NCBI GenBank assembly: GCA_011620345.1
Contig: WOZJ01000014.1
Coordinates: 1 to 50,439 of the forward strand
Direction: 5' to 3'
Length of the DNA stretch: 50,439 bases
From: Nitrospirota bacterium
GTDB taxonomy: Bacteria > UBA2233
The notes under the pieces are model-generated. The model was not told the origin of the DNA and made no database searches. It worked only from the letters and a program-made list of their open reading frames with translations. A program made the translations under genes and the position numbers. Below are positions 1 to 10,229 of this stretch, piece after piece (within the stretch, counting starts at the first letter, position 1; every line of letters begins with the position of its first letter).

Positions 1-175
1 AGGAAGTCAGCTTCGTTCATGCGTGAGCAAGAATGAATAAGTCTGATGGAACGGCAGCCAACGCAAGCGGTGGTGCATAAAGTATTTTCGTCTTGCCGAG
101 CCCTTCCTTTTTTGATTGCGGACTTGCTGCTAGAGGTGTGAGGGTTCGGCGAAACATTCCAACAAGGAGGAAAGG

Positions 176-1552
176 ATGGGAGTTCGGTTTTCCTACCCTT
201 TTTTGCTCGGCATCGAAAAAGAACAAGAGGTTCCCAAGGTCCTCCTGGATTCCTACCGCGCCCGCTATGAGAGCTTTCTGGCAAGCCTTAGGGGCAATGA
301 ATACCCTCAGCTCGACATGCCGGAGAAAATGCTCCAAGATACCCTTGCCATCCAAGAAGCACTCAAAGGCCTGGCAGGCGAGACCGAAGAGGTGGTGATT
401 GTCGGGATCGGAGGGTCTTCTTTGGGGCTCGCGGCCATCCACAGTTTTTTGTTCGGCCACCTTCCCTACGGGCATGGGGGGCTGGTGCCAGCCATCAAGA
501 AACGCGTACGAATCGTGGAAATGCCAACCGAAGAGGACATTTCAGGCATCCTTCAAGAGGCAAACCTCGAGCGTACCCGGTTTGTCGTCATCAGCAAATC
601 TGGAACGACGCTCGAGACGCTGCTCGGACTTCTCTCTTTCCTCGAGCCGCTTCGGCAAGCGCACGGGGAAGCCTACATAAAGGACCATTTCTTGTTTGTT
701 ACAGACCCTGAATCTTCCGCGCTCCTTTCCTTCGCAAAGGGCATAGGGGCAAGGACGTTTGTCATCCCCAACGAGATCGGAGGCCGTTTTTCTATCCTTG
801 GCTCGCACATGGCCGTCGTGTTCTTGGGGCTGCTTGGCTTGGATGCGGCCCCACTGTTCGAAGGCGCCATCAACGCCAGGAAGGCCGTCCTGAGCCTTTC
901 GGCGGAATCCCACGTCCCGTTCCTTTTGGGTTCCGGGGTTTACCAGGGGTTGAGCCGTTTGAGCAAGTCCATATGGGTGATGTTTGCCTATGGTGATGCC
1001 CTCGAAGGCCCGATGCTTTGGTTGAGGCAGCTTGTCTCCGAGTCCTTGGGCAAAGAGGGTTTGGGCGTTACGCCGTTGGCCGTTAAGGGGCCATCCGATC
1101 AGCACTCCATCCTTCAGCTGCTTGAGGATGGACCGGACGACAAGATCTTTACGTTTTTTAGCCTGTTGCCGCGGAGCCCAAGGGGAGAGGCGTTGCAGTG
1201 GGTGCCAGAGGAGTTCCGTTCTTTTTCTTTCCTGAAAGGAAAGCGGCTTCAGGAGGCATGGGAGGCGCTTTGGCAATCGAGCTATCTTTCGCTCGCTTCC
1301 AAAGGAAAGCCAGCGAGCTGGATGGGCCTGGAGGAGTCAACCCTGGAAGACCTGGGGGTATTCTTCTGGACGATGGAGGCGACGGTCATCTATATGGGCA
1401 CCTTGCTTGGGGTAAACCCCTTCGATCAGCCTGCCGTAGAGCGCTCCAAGAAGCTCTGCAGGGCGCTTCTAGGCGGGTCTGGGCTTGAAGCGGAGCAGGC
1501 GCGTATCGAAGAGCTTCTTGGCAAGCATAAGACAAAGAGCATCGAGGTTTGA
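176..1552 (+). CDS. pgi: Glucose-6-phosphate isomerase (short type)
   Basis: GIGGSSLG, SKSGTTLET, GGRFS, QLVSESLGK, DQHS and NPFDQPAVE motifs; AGGAGG/AAGGA SD upstream. Confidence 0.95.
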   Translation: MGVRFSYPFLLGIEKEQEVPKVLLDSYRARYESFLASLRGNEYPQLDMPEKMLQDTLAIQEALKGLAGETEEVVIVGIGGSSLGLAAIHSFLFGHLPYGHGGLVPAIKKRVRIVEMPTEEDISGILQEANLERTRFVVISKSGTTLETLLGLLSFLEPLRQAHGEAYIKDHFLFVTDPESSALLSFAKGIGARTFVIPNEIGGRFSILGSHMAVVFLGLLGLDAAPLFEGAINARKAVLSLSAESHVPFLLGSGVYQGLSRLSKSIWVMFAYGDALEGPMLWLRQLVSESLGKEGLGVTPLAVKGPSDQHSILQLLEDGPDDKIFTFFSLLPRSPRGEALQWVPEEFRSFSFLKGKRLQEAWEALWQSSYLSLASKGKPASWMGLEESTLEDLGVFFWTMEATVIYMGTLLGVNPFDQPAVERSKKLCRALLGGSGLEAEQARIEELLGKHKTKSIEV

Positions 1553-2475
1553 AGAGGATCGCAGTTGTCGGCCCGACGGGGGCCGGAAAGACCGCGCTCG
1601 GCATCGAGCTTGCGTTACGGTTTGGCGGCGAGGTTATCAGTTGCGATTCCAGGCAGGTCTTCCTTGAGATGGACATCGGGACGGCCAAGCCCTCGCGCAC
1701 CCAGCGAAACGCCATCCGGCACTGGATGCTCGATATCCTGCAGCCAACACGCCTGTTTTCTGCTGGCGAGTTCGCCGCGCAAGCTAGGGATGCCCTGCGA
1801 GCCCTCCCCCAAAGAGGGCCGGCATGGCTTGTGGGCGGCAGTGGGTTTTATTTGAAGGCGTTTCTCGATGGTATAGACCTATGCCGGCATTACCCTCCGC
1901 CGAAGCCTGCGCTAAGGCGACGGCTCGAGACAGAGATCGGCCTGCTTGGCCAAGGGTTTGCCTACGAACAGTTACGCCGGCTCAACGCTGAAAGGGCCTT
2001 GAGCGTGCATCCCAACGACCGCTACAGGATCGTTCGCTCGCTTGAGGCCGTATTGGTTTCCGGCGGGGCGTTCGCTGCTGCTTTCAAAGGGCAGGACCCG
2101 CAGGATGCCAAAGAGCCTGCATGTCTTATTCTCGGGCTTCGTCCGGACAAAGAATGGCTGACGAGACGCCTGAGGACAAGGGCGGAAGGGATGCTGAAGG
2201 AAGGGCTTCTCGAAGAGGTAAAAAGGCTCAAGGAGCAAGGGTTCCATCGGTTCCCTCCTTTTTGTCTTACGACCGGTTATCCCGAAGCCCTCTCGGTCGT
2301 ACAAGGCGAACGCCCGCTTGTTTGGCTCATCGAGGCTATGGTGCTTGCTCACCTTAGGCTGGCAAAGAAGCAAATGACCTTTTTGCGGCATAAAATTCCG
2401 GGTATCGTATGGGTGAATGCCAAAGAGCCCCTGCCCGATGCTCGCGAGCGTGTTCGCCATTTTTTGGAGGGTTGA
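1549..2475 (+). CDS. miaA: tRNA dimethylallyltransferase
   Basis: GPTGAGKT P-loop, DSRQV, MDIGTAKP, VGGSGFY, HPNDRYRIVRSLE, LAKKQMT; TTG start overlaps pgi stop. Confidence 0.95.
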   Translation: MKRIAVVGPTGAGKTALGIELALRFGGEVISCDSRQVFLEMDIGTAKPSRTQRNAIRHWMLDILQPTRLFSAGEFAAQARDALRALPQRGPAWLVGGSGFYLKAFLDGIDLCRHYPPPKPALRRRLETEIGLLGQGFAYEQLRRLNAERALSVHPNDRYRIVRSLEAVLVSGGAFAAAFKGQDPQDAKEPACLILGLRPDKEWLTRRLRTRAEGMLKEGLLEEVKRLKEQGFHRFPPFCLTTGYPEALSVVQGERPLVWLIEAMVLAHLRLAKKQMTFLRHKIPGIVWVNAKEPLPDARERVRHFLEG

Positions 2476-2480
2476 GCGTG

Positions 2481-3434
2481 ATGCACCTTGGCTTTGAGAA
2501 GCCGGCTGTTTTGCTGCTCGAGAAGATTCAAGAGCTGAGGGCCATACCGGATACAAAACTTGCGAGTGAGTTGGGCAGGCTCGAGCGCAAGCTTGTCCGT
2601 ATCCGCAGGCGTTTGACCGCAAGATTGAGCCCGATGGAGGTCGTCCAGCTTGCCCGTCATCCTCTCAGGCCTTACGCGCAAGAGTATATCTCGGGCATCT
2701 TTCGGCATATCGAAGAGATCCACGGGGATCGCCGCTTTGGGGACGATCAGGCCATTTTTGCCGGTTTTGGCGAAATCGGGTCTACGAGCGTGGCCATTCT
2801 GGGGCAGAAGAAGGGGCGGACAACGACCGAAAAGATCGCCGCCAATTTTGGCATGTCCATGCCAGAGGGCTTTCGGAAGGCACAGCGTCTTGTCCGTATG
2901 GCCGAACGGTTCGCCCTGCCGATCGTGAGCTTCGTGGATACGCCGGGTGCGTTTCCCGGGGTAGAGGCCGAGGAGCGCGGCCAGGCCGAGGCCATCGCGA
3001 GCACGCTCGAAGCGCTGCTTAGCGTGCCAGTGCCCACGCTTAGTGTCATCATCGGCGAGGGGGGCTCCGGCGGGGCGCTTGCGCTTGCCGTGGCCGACCG
3101 TCTTCTTATGCAGGAATTCGCCGTATTCAGCGTAATCTCGCCCGAAGGGTGCGCTTCCATCCTCTTTCGAGAGGCAAGCAGAGAGAACGCCCACAAGGCG
3201 GCCGGCCTTCTGAAGCTGACGTCCAAGGATTTGACGACGCTTGGGCTCGTGGATGCCGTTATTCCCGAACCGGAAGGCGGCGCCCACTGGGACAAGGAGC
3301 GCGCGCTCGCTCTTCTAAAGGATGCGATCGAGGCAGAGCTCGCTGCCCTCATCATGCAGCCTACCCAAGAAAGGCTTTTGAAGCGCCAGGAAAAGTATTT
3401 TACGATGGGACAGCATGCAACACGGGGACGTTAA
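2481..3434 (+). CDS. accA: Acetyl-CoA carboxylase carboxyltransferase alpha subunit
   Basis: ARHPLRP, HGDRRFGDD, NFGMSMPEGFRKA, DTPGAFPG, GEGGSGGALA, VISPEGCASIL; start moved to ATG 2481 after GGAGG. Confidence 0.95.
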   Translation: MHLGFEKPAVLLLEKIQELRAIPDTKLASELGRLERKLVRIRRRLTARLSPMEVVQLARHPLRPYAQEYISGIFRHIEEIHGDRRFGDDQAIFAGFGEIGSTSVAILGQKKGRTTTEKIAANFGMSMPEGFRKAQRLVRMAERFALPIVSFVDTPGAFPGVEAEERGQAEAIASTLEALLSVPVPTLSVIIGEGGSGGALALAVADRLLMQEFAVFSVISPEGCASILFREASRENAHKAAGLLKLTSKDLTTLGLVDAVIPEPEGGAHWDKERALALLKDAIEAELAALIMQPTQERLLKRQEKYFTMGQHATRGR

Positions 3435-4503
3435 TGCCGAATCCAACCTGGCTTTGGTCAGGGAAGAGATAGATCGGATAGATACTAGTATCCTCTCGCT
3501 CCTTTCAAAAAGAGGGGAGCTGGCGCTGAAGGCCAGGGACATCAAAAAGGCCTTAAGCCTCCCTTTGTACGACTCAAACCGAGAAAAAGCGCTCCTTGAA
3601 AGGCTCAAGGGTCTCAACCAGGGACCTTTCTCGAACGAGGCTATAGATGGGGTGTTTCGCGAGATTGTAAGGGTTTGCCGAAGCCTAGAGGAGCCTCTTC
3701 GCGTGGCTTTCTTGGGGCCTCTGGCTAGCTTCTCGCACAAAGCCAGCCTCGAGAGGTTCGGGCCTTCTGGCGTGTACGAGCCGATGGGGACGATCGAGGA
3801 GGTTTTCGAGGCCGTAGAGCACCTAAGGGTGGATGTCGGAGTTGTGCCCGTCGAGAGCTCCATCGAAGGGGGTGTTACGGCCACGCTCGATAGGCTTGTC
3901 GACATGAAGGCGTGTGTCGTCGAAGAGAGGATCCTTCCCGTTGAACTTGCGCTTCTTGGCAATGATACACACCTAGACTCAATTCGGGAGGTTTACTCGC
4001 ATCCTCAAGCGCTCGGACAATGCAGGCAATGGCTTCTCAAGCGCCTTCCTGGAGCCTCCTTGTTCTCTACGGAAAGCACGGCGAAGGCCTCCATGCTTGT
4101 GCAGAAACGCCAAGGTGCCGCGGCCGTAGCTTCGAAGCTCGCAGCCCAGCTTTATGGCCTGAAGGTGATCGAAGACCACATCGAGGACGTTCCGTTCAAT
4201 CAGACCCGATTCTTTGTTCTTGCCATGAGGCCGGCGCCGCAAACGGGGAACGACAAGACTTCCGCCCTCGTCAAAATCAAGGACGAGCCGGGTGCGCTCT
4301 TTCGCATGCTTGCGCCGTTCTCTAACTGCGGAATCAACCTCAGCAAGATAGAATCCAGACCTAGCAGGTCTGGGCCCTTCAGCTACGTGTTCTTTCTCGA
4401 TTTCGCCGGCCATGCGCTCGATCCCGATGTTGAAAAAGCAATCACGGAAGTTCGCTCCGAGGCGCTTTGGTTCAAAGTGCTCGGGTCCTACCCCAAAGCC
4501 TGA
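3415..4503 (+). CDS. pheA: Chorismate mutase / prephenate dehydratase (P-protein)
   Basis: N-terminal CM (REEIDRID), AFLGP, YSHPQALGQC, NQTRF, ACT domain LSKIESRPS...YVFFLD. Confidence 0.95.
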   Translation: MQHGDVNAESNLALVREEIDRIDTSILSLLSKRGELALKARDIKKALSLPLYDSNREKALLERLKGLNQGPFSNEAIDGVFREIVRVCRSLEEPLRVAFLGPLASFSHKASLERFGPSGVYEPMGTIEEVFEAVEHLRVDVGVVPVESSIEGGVTATLDRLVDMKACVVEERILPVELALLGNDTHLDSIREVYSHPQALGQCRQWLLKRLPGASLFSTESTAKASMLVQKRQGAAAVASKLAAQLYGLKVIEDHIEDVPFNQTRFFVLAMRPAPQTGNDKTSALVKIKDEPGALFRMLAPFSNCGINLSKIESRPSRSGPFSYVFFLDFAGHALDPDVEKAITEVRSEALWFKVLGSYPKA

Positions 4504-4504
4504 G

Positions 4505-5377
4505 ATGGGAAAAGCCTGCCCTCCGTACAAGAGCGTGGTCGTTGTTGGGCTTGGCCTCATAGGCGGGTCTGTGGCAAAAGGGTTGAGGCACCGTTTCCCG
4601 GGGCTTGAGGTGATCGGCGTGGATCCGGCCGAGGCTACGCTCCAAGCGGCGCTCGGGGATAGGGCCATCACGAGGGCCTATCCCGCCCTTCCTGGGAGGC
4701 TTGAAAAAGGAAGTCTTATCGTGCTGGCTACGGGCCTCAAGGGCATCCTTGAGGCCCTTGAGGCCTTAGATGGGGCTGTGCTGGAAGGCGTTTGGATTAC
4801 AGACGTAACGGGCCTAAAGCGGAGGGTCGTGGCTTTGGTTGAACAGCTCGGGGGAAGCTTGGCGCGAGCTTACGTCGGCTCACACCCGATGTCCGGGCGA
4901 GAAGTTCGAGGGTATGCCGCCTCCATGCCGGACCTGTTCGTTGGGTACCCCGTATTCCTTACGGGATGCTCCTTCAGCGAAGGCGAGGCCTATGCAAGGC
5001 TCACGGCGTTCTGGCGGGCGTTGGGGGGCGTAGTCCATAGACTCGAGCCCGTCACTCATGACCGTGTTGTGGCATGGATCAGCCATTTGCCGCACGTTCT
5101 TTCTTTTATTTTAAAACGTACCATTGCTGAAGAATGGCCAGGCCCAGAGGGCGCGTCAAAGGCAGAAGGCAGCGGACTCCAGGGGATGCTCAGGATTGCC
5201 CATTCAGACCCAAACATCTGGAGTGAGCTCATGATCGAAAATCGTGATTTTACGCTCGAGGCGCTGGATGCCTTCCTTTCGAAGATCCACGAAGCCAAGG
5301 AATCCCTCTTGGATGGGTCACTTGAGTCCCTTGCGCGCTCGCTCACCCCTGCAAACCCTAGGGAGGAAAGGCCATGA
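4505..5377 (+). CDS. tyrA: Prephenate/arogenate dehydrogenase
   Basis: GLGLIGGS Rossmann motif, SHPMSGRE, HDRVVAWISHLPH; ATG 4505 just after pheA stop. Confidence 0.9.
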   Translation: MGKACPPYKSVVVVGLGLIGGSVAKGLRHRFPGLEVIGVDPAEATLQAALGDRAITRAYPALPGRLEKGSLIVLATGLKGILEALEALDGAVLEGVWITDVTGLKRRVVALVEQLGGSLARAYVGSHPMSGREVRGYAASMPDLFVGYPVFLTGCSFSEGEAYARLTAFWRALGGVVHRLEPVTHDRVVAWISHLPHVLSFILKRTIAEEWPGPEGASKAEGSGLQGMLRIAHSDPNIWSELMIENRDFTLEALDAFLSKIHEAKESLLDGSLESLARSLTPANPREERP

Positions 5378-6675
5378 AGGCTTGTCATGTGGCGTCTAGG
5401 TGGCCGTTCCGTGGCTCCATCCGTATGCCTGGAGATAAGTCCGTATCCCACAGGGCCCTTATGCTCGCTGCAATCGCTCAAGGGAAATCAAAAATTGCGG
5501 GCCTGTCTCCCGCAAGGGACGTGAAGAGTACTCTCGGGTTCGTTCGTATGCTTGGCGTAAAGGTTCGCAGGCTCTCCGGCGTGCTAGAGGTCTTCGGCGA
5601 GGGGTTTGCCGGGTTGCGCGAGCCGGAAGACGTCGTGAACCTGGGAAACTCGGGGACCTCCATGCGCCTTGGAGCCGGGATAGCGGCCGCTTGTCCCTTT
5701 CTTACCGTGCTCACGGGAGATGCCTCGTTACGTTCCAGGCCCATGGCGCGCGTGATCGAGCCCTTAAGGAGAATGGGGGCGAACATCCTCGGCCGTGGAA
5801 ACGCCCGCCTTGGCCCGCTTGTGATCGCTGGAGGGGCGCTCAAGGGCATCGAATATACGCTTTCCCAAGCTTCCGCTCAAGTCAAGTCCGCCGTCTTGTT
5901 GGCCGGGCTTCGTGCCCACGGGCAAACTCGCCTAAAAGAGCCCATCAAAACGAGAGACCACACCGAAAGGCTCCTGAGACGTCAAGGCGTGGAGCTTGGC
6001 GAAGCGGATGGATGGCTTACCTTGGATGGCCCAAGGGAGGCTGTAGGGCCGTTCATGCTCTCGGTCCCGGGGGATTTCTCTTCGGCGGCCTTCTTCCTTG
6101 TGGGTGCCCTGCTTAAGGAAGGGTCCGACCTTTTGATCGAAGACGTCGGCCTAAACCCCTTAAGGACTGGCCTTCTTCGGGTGCTCGAGCGTATGGGGGC
6201 ACGCATCGAAGTGCACGTGTATGACGAAGGGGGCGAGGATGAGGAGCCTAGGGGGGATATCCGCGTATGGCACTCCCCGCTCAAGGGGGTAGATGTGTCA
6301 GAAAATGAGCTGCCAAGCCTGATTGACGAAGTTCCCGCGCTCTGCGTTGCCGCCGCTCTTGCTCAAGGAAGGACGCGTATCCTAGGGGCGAAGGAGCTGA
6401 GAGTCAAGGAATCAGACCGGCTCAGGGCCATGGCGACCGGCTTGCAAGGGCTTGGGGTCGAGGTGGAAGAGCTCGAAGACGGGCTCGTCATTCATGGAAC
6501 TCCTAAGGTGGGCTTTGGGCTGGTGGACAGCTTCTTGGACCACCGCATTGCCATGGCCTTTGCCATCCTAGGAAGTGTGACGTCCGATGGGCTCCATATC
6601 GGCAGGCCGGAGTGTGTCGAGATTTCTTACCCTGGATTTTGGCAAGATCTGGAAAAATTTGCAAAAATAGGATAA
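5374..6675 (+). CDS. aroA: EPSP synthase
   Basis: PGDKSVSHRA, GNSGTSMRL, ASAQVKSA, RDHTE, ELRVKESDR, DHRIAM. Confidence 0.97.
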   Translation: MKACHVASRWPFRGSIRMPGDKSVSHRALMLAAIAQGKSKIAGLSPARDVKSTLGFVRMLGVKVRRLSGVLEVFGEGFAGLREPEDVVNLGNSGTSMRLGAGIAAACPFLTVLTGDASLRSRPMARVIEPLRRMGANILGRGNARLGPLVIAGGALKGIEYTLSQASAQVKSAVLLAGLRAHGQTRLKEPIKTRDHTERLLRRQGVELGEADGWLTLDGPREAVGPFMLSVPGDFSSAAFFLVGALLKEGSDLLIEDVGLNPLRTGLLRVLERMGARIEVHVYDEGGEDEEPRGDIRVWHSPLKGVDVSENELPSLIDEVPALCVAAALAQGRTRILGAKELRVKESDRLRAMATGLQGLGVEVEELEDGLVIHGTPKVGFGLVDSFLDHRIAMAFAILGSVTSDGLHIGRPECVEISYPGFWQDLEKFAKIG

Positions 6676-6689
6676 CATAGTAGTTTTCA

Positions 6690-7367
6690 ATGGGTTTGGA
6701 AGGTGTGCTCATCGTTACGGTGGATGGGCCAGCAGGCGCGGGGAAGACCACGGCTGGAAGGTTGTTGGCGGAGCGCCTCGGGGCCTTTTTTTTGGAGACG
6801 GGCTTCGTATACAGGCTGTTGGCCTTCCTTGCCTCATCTTGCGGGTGGGAGCCAGAAATGTTCCACCAACGGCCCGATGAGGTCCAGAAAAAGCTTGAGC
6901 AGGCGTTTCGAGAGTCGCCGCTTCAAGCATGGGGAGATGCCCTTGATTCCGAAGAGGTGGCGATGCGGGCTTCTTTGCTGGCTAGAGACCCGGCCGTTCG
7001 GGGGGTGGCGCTCAAAGTCCAGCGGGGCCTCGCCCAAGGGCATGCTCGTATCGTAGCGGTAGGCCGGGACGCGGGATCGGTCGTCTTTCCGAATGCCTCA
7101 CCGAAATTCTTCTTGACCGCGAACCTTCAGGAAAGGGCGCGGAGACGTTGCAAAGACTTGGCCCGAAAGGGCGCGCAAGAACCGGAGCTTTCGATCCTAG
7201 AGCGCATGCAGGTGAGGGATCAGCAGGATATGGAACGCGAGGCATCCCCTCTTAGGGTTCCAGAGGGGGGGGTTGTCGTCGATACCACCACGATGAGCCT
7301 CGAGCAGGTCGAGGAACTCCTGTACCGCAAGGTTCAGGAGCGTTTTGGCTCCCAACGCGGGAGCTAG
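6690..7367 (+). CDS. cmk: Cytidylate kinase
   Basis: DGPAGAGKTT, GRDAGSVVFP, KFFLTA, RDQQD..REASPL; lies between aroA and rpsA. Confidence 0.93.
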   Translation: MGLEGVLIVTVDGPAGAGKTTAGRLLAERLGAFFLETGFVYRLLAFLASSCGWEPEMFHQRPDEVQKKLEQAFRESPLQAWGDALDSEEVAMRASLLARDPAVRGVALKVQRGLAQGHARIVAVGRDAGSVVFPNASPKFFLTANLQERARRRCKDLARKGAQEPELSILERMQVRDQQDMEREASPLRVPEGGVVVDTTTMSLEQVEELLYRKVQERFGSQRGS

Positions 7368-7408
7368 CGCAAACACAACCGACGCACAACGCCACTGGAG
7401 GAATGTGC

Positions 7409-9034
7409 ATGGCCATGGAATCCCGGCAGAGGGTAGACGCGCAAGACCCCTCCGCCCTGGAGACCTCGGGAAATGAGGATTTTGCTTCGTTGTTTGAGCA
7501 GAGCCTTGGGACAAACGAGATCCGGGTTGGAAGTGTGGTAACGGGCAAGGTGGTTGACATCACCGAGAACGACGTCATTATCGATGTTGGCTACAAGTCT
7601 GAGGGCAGATTGCCCATTTCGCAGTTTTTGGATGAAGCGGGCCAGGGGAGCCTCAAGCCGGGCGATCGCGTGGATGTGTACATCGAATACTTTGACAACG
7701 AGACGGGCCAGGTGGCCATCTCCAGAGACAAAGCTCAGTTGGTCAAAGTCTGGGATGATATCGTCCGCGCCGCCGAAGAGGGAAGTCCTATCAAAGGCCG
7801 GGTGATCCAGAAGGTAAAAGGGGGCTTGAGCGTCGACATCCAAGGACTAAAGGCCTTTTTGCCAGGCTCCCAGGTTGATATCCGGCCTACATCGGACTTC
7901 GACATCTACGTCGGGAATACTTACGACATCAAGGTGCTCAAGGTTACCCCGCAGACGGCCAACATCGTCGTTTCAAGGAAGGCGCTTCTCGAGGAAGAGC
8001 GGCTCAGGATGCGCAAAGACACGATCGACAGGCTCGTTCCTGGGGTCATGCTTGAAGGGATCGTCAAGAACGTGACGGACTACGGCGTATTTGTCGACTT
8101 GGGCGGTATCGATGGGCTCGTCCATATCACGGACGTTTCCTGGGGTAGGGTGTCCAACCTAAGGAGCCTGTACAACGTGGGCGAGAAGATTGAGGTAAGG
8201 GTCCTCAATTTCGATAAAGAGACAGAGCGCGTCTCTTTGGGCATCAAGCAGTTGAGCTCTGACCCTTGGGAGAGCATTCTCGAGAAGTACCCCGTCGGGG
8301 GCCGTGTCCGTGGCAAGATCGTCAGCATCACGGACTACGGCGCGTTTATGAAACTAGAAGAGGGGATCGAGGGGTTAATTCATATCTCTGAGATGTCCTG
8401 GACCAAGAAAATTAAGCATCCCTCAAAGGTGGCGAGTGTAGGCGATGAGGTCGATGCCGTCGTCCTCTCCATCGACCCAGAACGTCAGCGGATTTCTCTT
8501 GGGCTTAAGCAGACGATGCCCAACCCCTGGGATACGCTCGAAGATCGGTACCCAGAAGGCTCAAGGGCGAAGGGTACGGTCAACAACGTGACTGATTACG
8601 GCATCTTTGTTGAGCTTGAAGAAGGCATCAAGGGGCTCGTCCACATCTCGGACCTGACCTGGTCGAGCAAACCCCGCCCGCCGCACGAGCTTTATCAAAG
8701 GGGCGATGAGGTTGAGGCGGTCGTCCTCAAGATCGATAAGGGCAACGAGCGCCTTTCGTTGGGAGTCAAGCAGCTCAGCTCTGACCCATGGGAAGGGGTG
8801 GAAGTCGGCTACCAAACGGGACAGAGAGTCACGGGGAAAGTTTCCTCGATAACTGATTTCGGCCTTTTTGTCGAGCTTGAGCCGAACGTCGAGGGCCTCT
8901 TGCACGTCTCCCAGATTCCAGAGGATCTTGCTCAGGACTTACGAAAGGCTTTCCAGTTAGGCCAGGAACTCGAGGTGAGCGTTTTGAACGTGAGCAAGGC
9001 GGAAAGAAGGATCGCGCTTAGCCTCAAAGAGTAG
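7409..9034 (+). CDS. rpsA: 30S ribosomal protein S1
   Basis: Six S1 repeats (DVGYKSEG, AFLPGSQ, DYGVFVDLGG, EGLIHISEMSW...); ATG 7409 has best spacing to GGAGG. Confidence 0.97.
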   Translation: MAMESRQRVDAQDPSALETSGNEDFASLFEQSLGTNEIRVGSVVTGKVVDITENDVIIDVGYKSEGRLPISQFLDEAGQGSLKPGDRVDVYIEYFDNETGQVAISRDKAQLVKVWDDIVRAAEEGSPIKGRVIQKVKGGLSVDIQGLKAFLPGSQVDIRPTSDFDIYVGNTYDIKVLKVTPQTANIVVSRKALLEEERLRMRKDTIDRLVPGVMLEGIVKNVTDYGVFVDLGGIDGLVHITDVSWGRVSNLRSLYNVGEKIEVRVLNFDKETERVSLGIKQLSSDPWESILEKYPVGGRVRGKIVSITDYGAFMKLEEGIEGLIHISEMSWTKKIKHPSKVASVGDEVDAVVLSIDPERQRISLGLKQTMPNPWDTLEDRYPEGSRAKGTVNNVTDYGIFVELEEGIKGLVHISDLTWSSKPRPPHELYQRGDEVEAVVLKIDKGNERLSLGVKQLSSDPWEGVEVGYQTGQRVTGKVSSITDFGLFVELEPNVEGLLHVSQIPEDLAQDLRKAFQLGQELEVSVLNVSKAERRIALSLKE

Positions 9035-9084
9035 GCCCAAGTCCTTTGAGGCAATGGCTAGCGTCCTGGAGTATATTCCCCACC

Positions 9085-9119
9085 ACAGCCGGGGCTTTCT
9101 AGCCCCGGCTGTTGATTTT
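9085..9119 (+). terminator. Rho-independent terminator after rpsA
   Basis: 12-bp stem ACAGCCGGGGCT-ttct-AGCCCCGGCTGT followed by TGATTTT. Confidence 0.7.
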
Positions 9120-9315
9120 AGGGCGTGATTATCCCCGACCATAGGCATTTTGCTGTATTGCTGGGCAGGACACCGTCTTCTGCAGAAAAGGCTTTAGGAG
9201 CACGCCCGCTTCACCGCGCCCGATAGATGGGACATCCTTGTCCAGCTACGCTAGGCTTGGCCGCCTGGTTTTTCCAGACCGCGCTTGCAAAGTGCTCCAT
9301 CCTTTCTTTCTTGAC

Positions 9316-9345
9316 TTGCAAGTTCTCGTGGAAAAAGTGTAGGAT
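9316..9345 (+). promoter_or_regulatory. Candidate sigma70 promoter for HIT-lapA-rlpA
   Basis: TTGCAA-N18-TAGGAT, about 36 nt before the HIT start. Confidence 0.35.
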
Positions 9346-9381
9346 CGAGTATCGGAAAGGCCACAACCGGGAAGTTGCGCG

Positions 9382-9864
9382 ATGGAGCCTCTTTTTTCGC
9401 CTTGGCGCGGGGCCTACGTAGAGGACATTCATAAGAGAAATGAAGGCGGATGCATCTTTTGTTCCGCCTTTCAAGGGGACGACGAGAGCCATCTCGTTGT
9501 TGGCCGCGGAAAGGTTAGCTTTGCGATGCTCAACCTTTATCCTTACAACCCAGGACATATCCTCATCGTTCCCAATCGTCACCTTAGCCGGGTTCAGGAG
9601 CTTGGAGAAGCCGAAAGGGGCGAGCTGGCGGAGTGGGTCGCAAAGCTGGAGGGCGTGCTGAGGGGCTCCTACAAGCCAGACGGGATCAACGTCGGAATGA
9701 ACCTTGGAAAGGCAGCCGGGGCCGGCATCGAAGACCACCTCCACGTGCATATGGTGCCCAGATGGAACGGTGACACAAACTTCATGCCTGTTTTCTTCGG
9801 AACCAAGGTGATTTCCGAGGCGTTAAAAGACAGCCTCCGAAAGATACGCCAAGCGCTCCTATGA
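9382..9864 (+). CDS. HIT-family nucleotide hydrolase/phosphorylase (Ap4A type)
   Basis: LFSPWR..Y, CIFC, NLYPYNPGH, GMNLGKAAGAGI, HLHVHMVPRW histidine triad. Confidence 0.92.
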   Translation: MEPLFSPWRGAYVEDIHKRNEGGCIFCSAFQGDDESHLVVGRGKVSFAMLNLYPYNPGHILIVPNRHLSRVQELGEAERGELAEWVAKLEGVLRGSYKPDGINVGMNLGKAAGAGIEDHLHVHMVPRWNGDTNFMPVFFGTKVISEALKDSLRKIRQALL

Positions 9865-10229
9865 GCACGATGCCATTTAGGGTTGTTCGAGTTGCGCTTA
9901 TATTTTTAATATTTCTTGCGCTGGTCGTCTTCTGCTTTCAGAATGCAGCGGTTCTTTCGGCGCGGCTCCAGCTCTATTACGATTTAGGGTTTGTACGAGT
10001 TACCCCTTTCTCGGCCCCCGTGTATGCTCTTTTCTTGGTTGCGTTTCTTGTGGGGCTTTTCGTTGACGGGCTCATAGGGTTGGTGTATTGGTACAAAGCC
10101 GCAGTTCTCGAAGAAAGGCTAAGGCGGCTCTCAAAAACCAAGGCCCGGGAAGAATCAGAGGAAACAGCGACACTTCCAGCCCAGCAAGAAGAAAAGGAGG
10201 GAACATCGCCATGGGATGAACCGGCTTAG
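9861..10229 (+). CDS. LapA-family (DUF1049) small inner-membrane protein
   Basis: TM1 ending FCFQN, second TM, charged C-tail; typical position after rpsA/HIT. Confidence 0.7.
   Translation: MSTMPFRVVRVALIFLIFLALVVFCFQNAAVLSARLQLYYDLGFVRVTPFSAPVYALFLVAFLVGLFVDGLIGLVYWYKAAVLEERLRRLSKTKAREESEETATLPAQQEEKEGTSPWDEPA

Noticed and set aside
1..78. Possible minus-strand gene start at the left edge (ATG 20, MNEADF...) and a 23-aa ORF from ATG 78
   Set aside because: Too little sequence and no recognisable motif
2349..3287. 312-aa minus-strand ORF and similar long antisense ORFs (542-1276, 15658-16404, 21238-21936, 36362-37111)
   Set aside because: Antisense shadows of well-supported genes in GC-rich DNA, with no motifs
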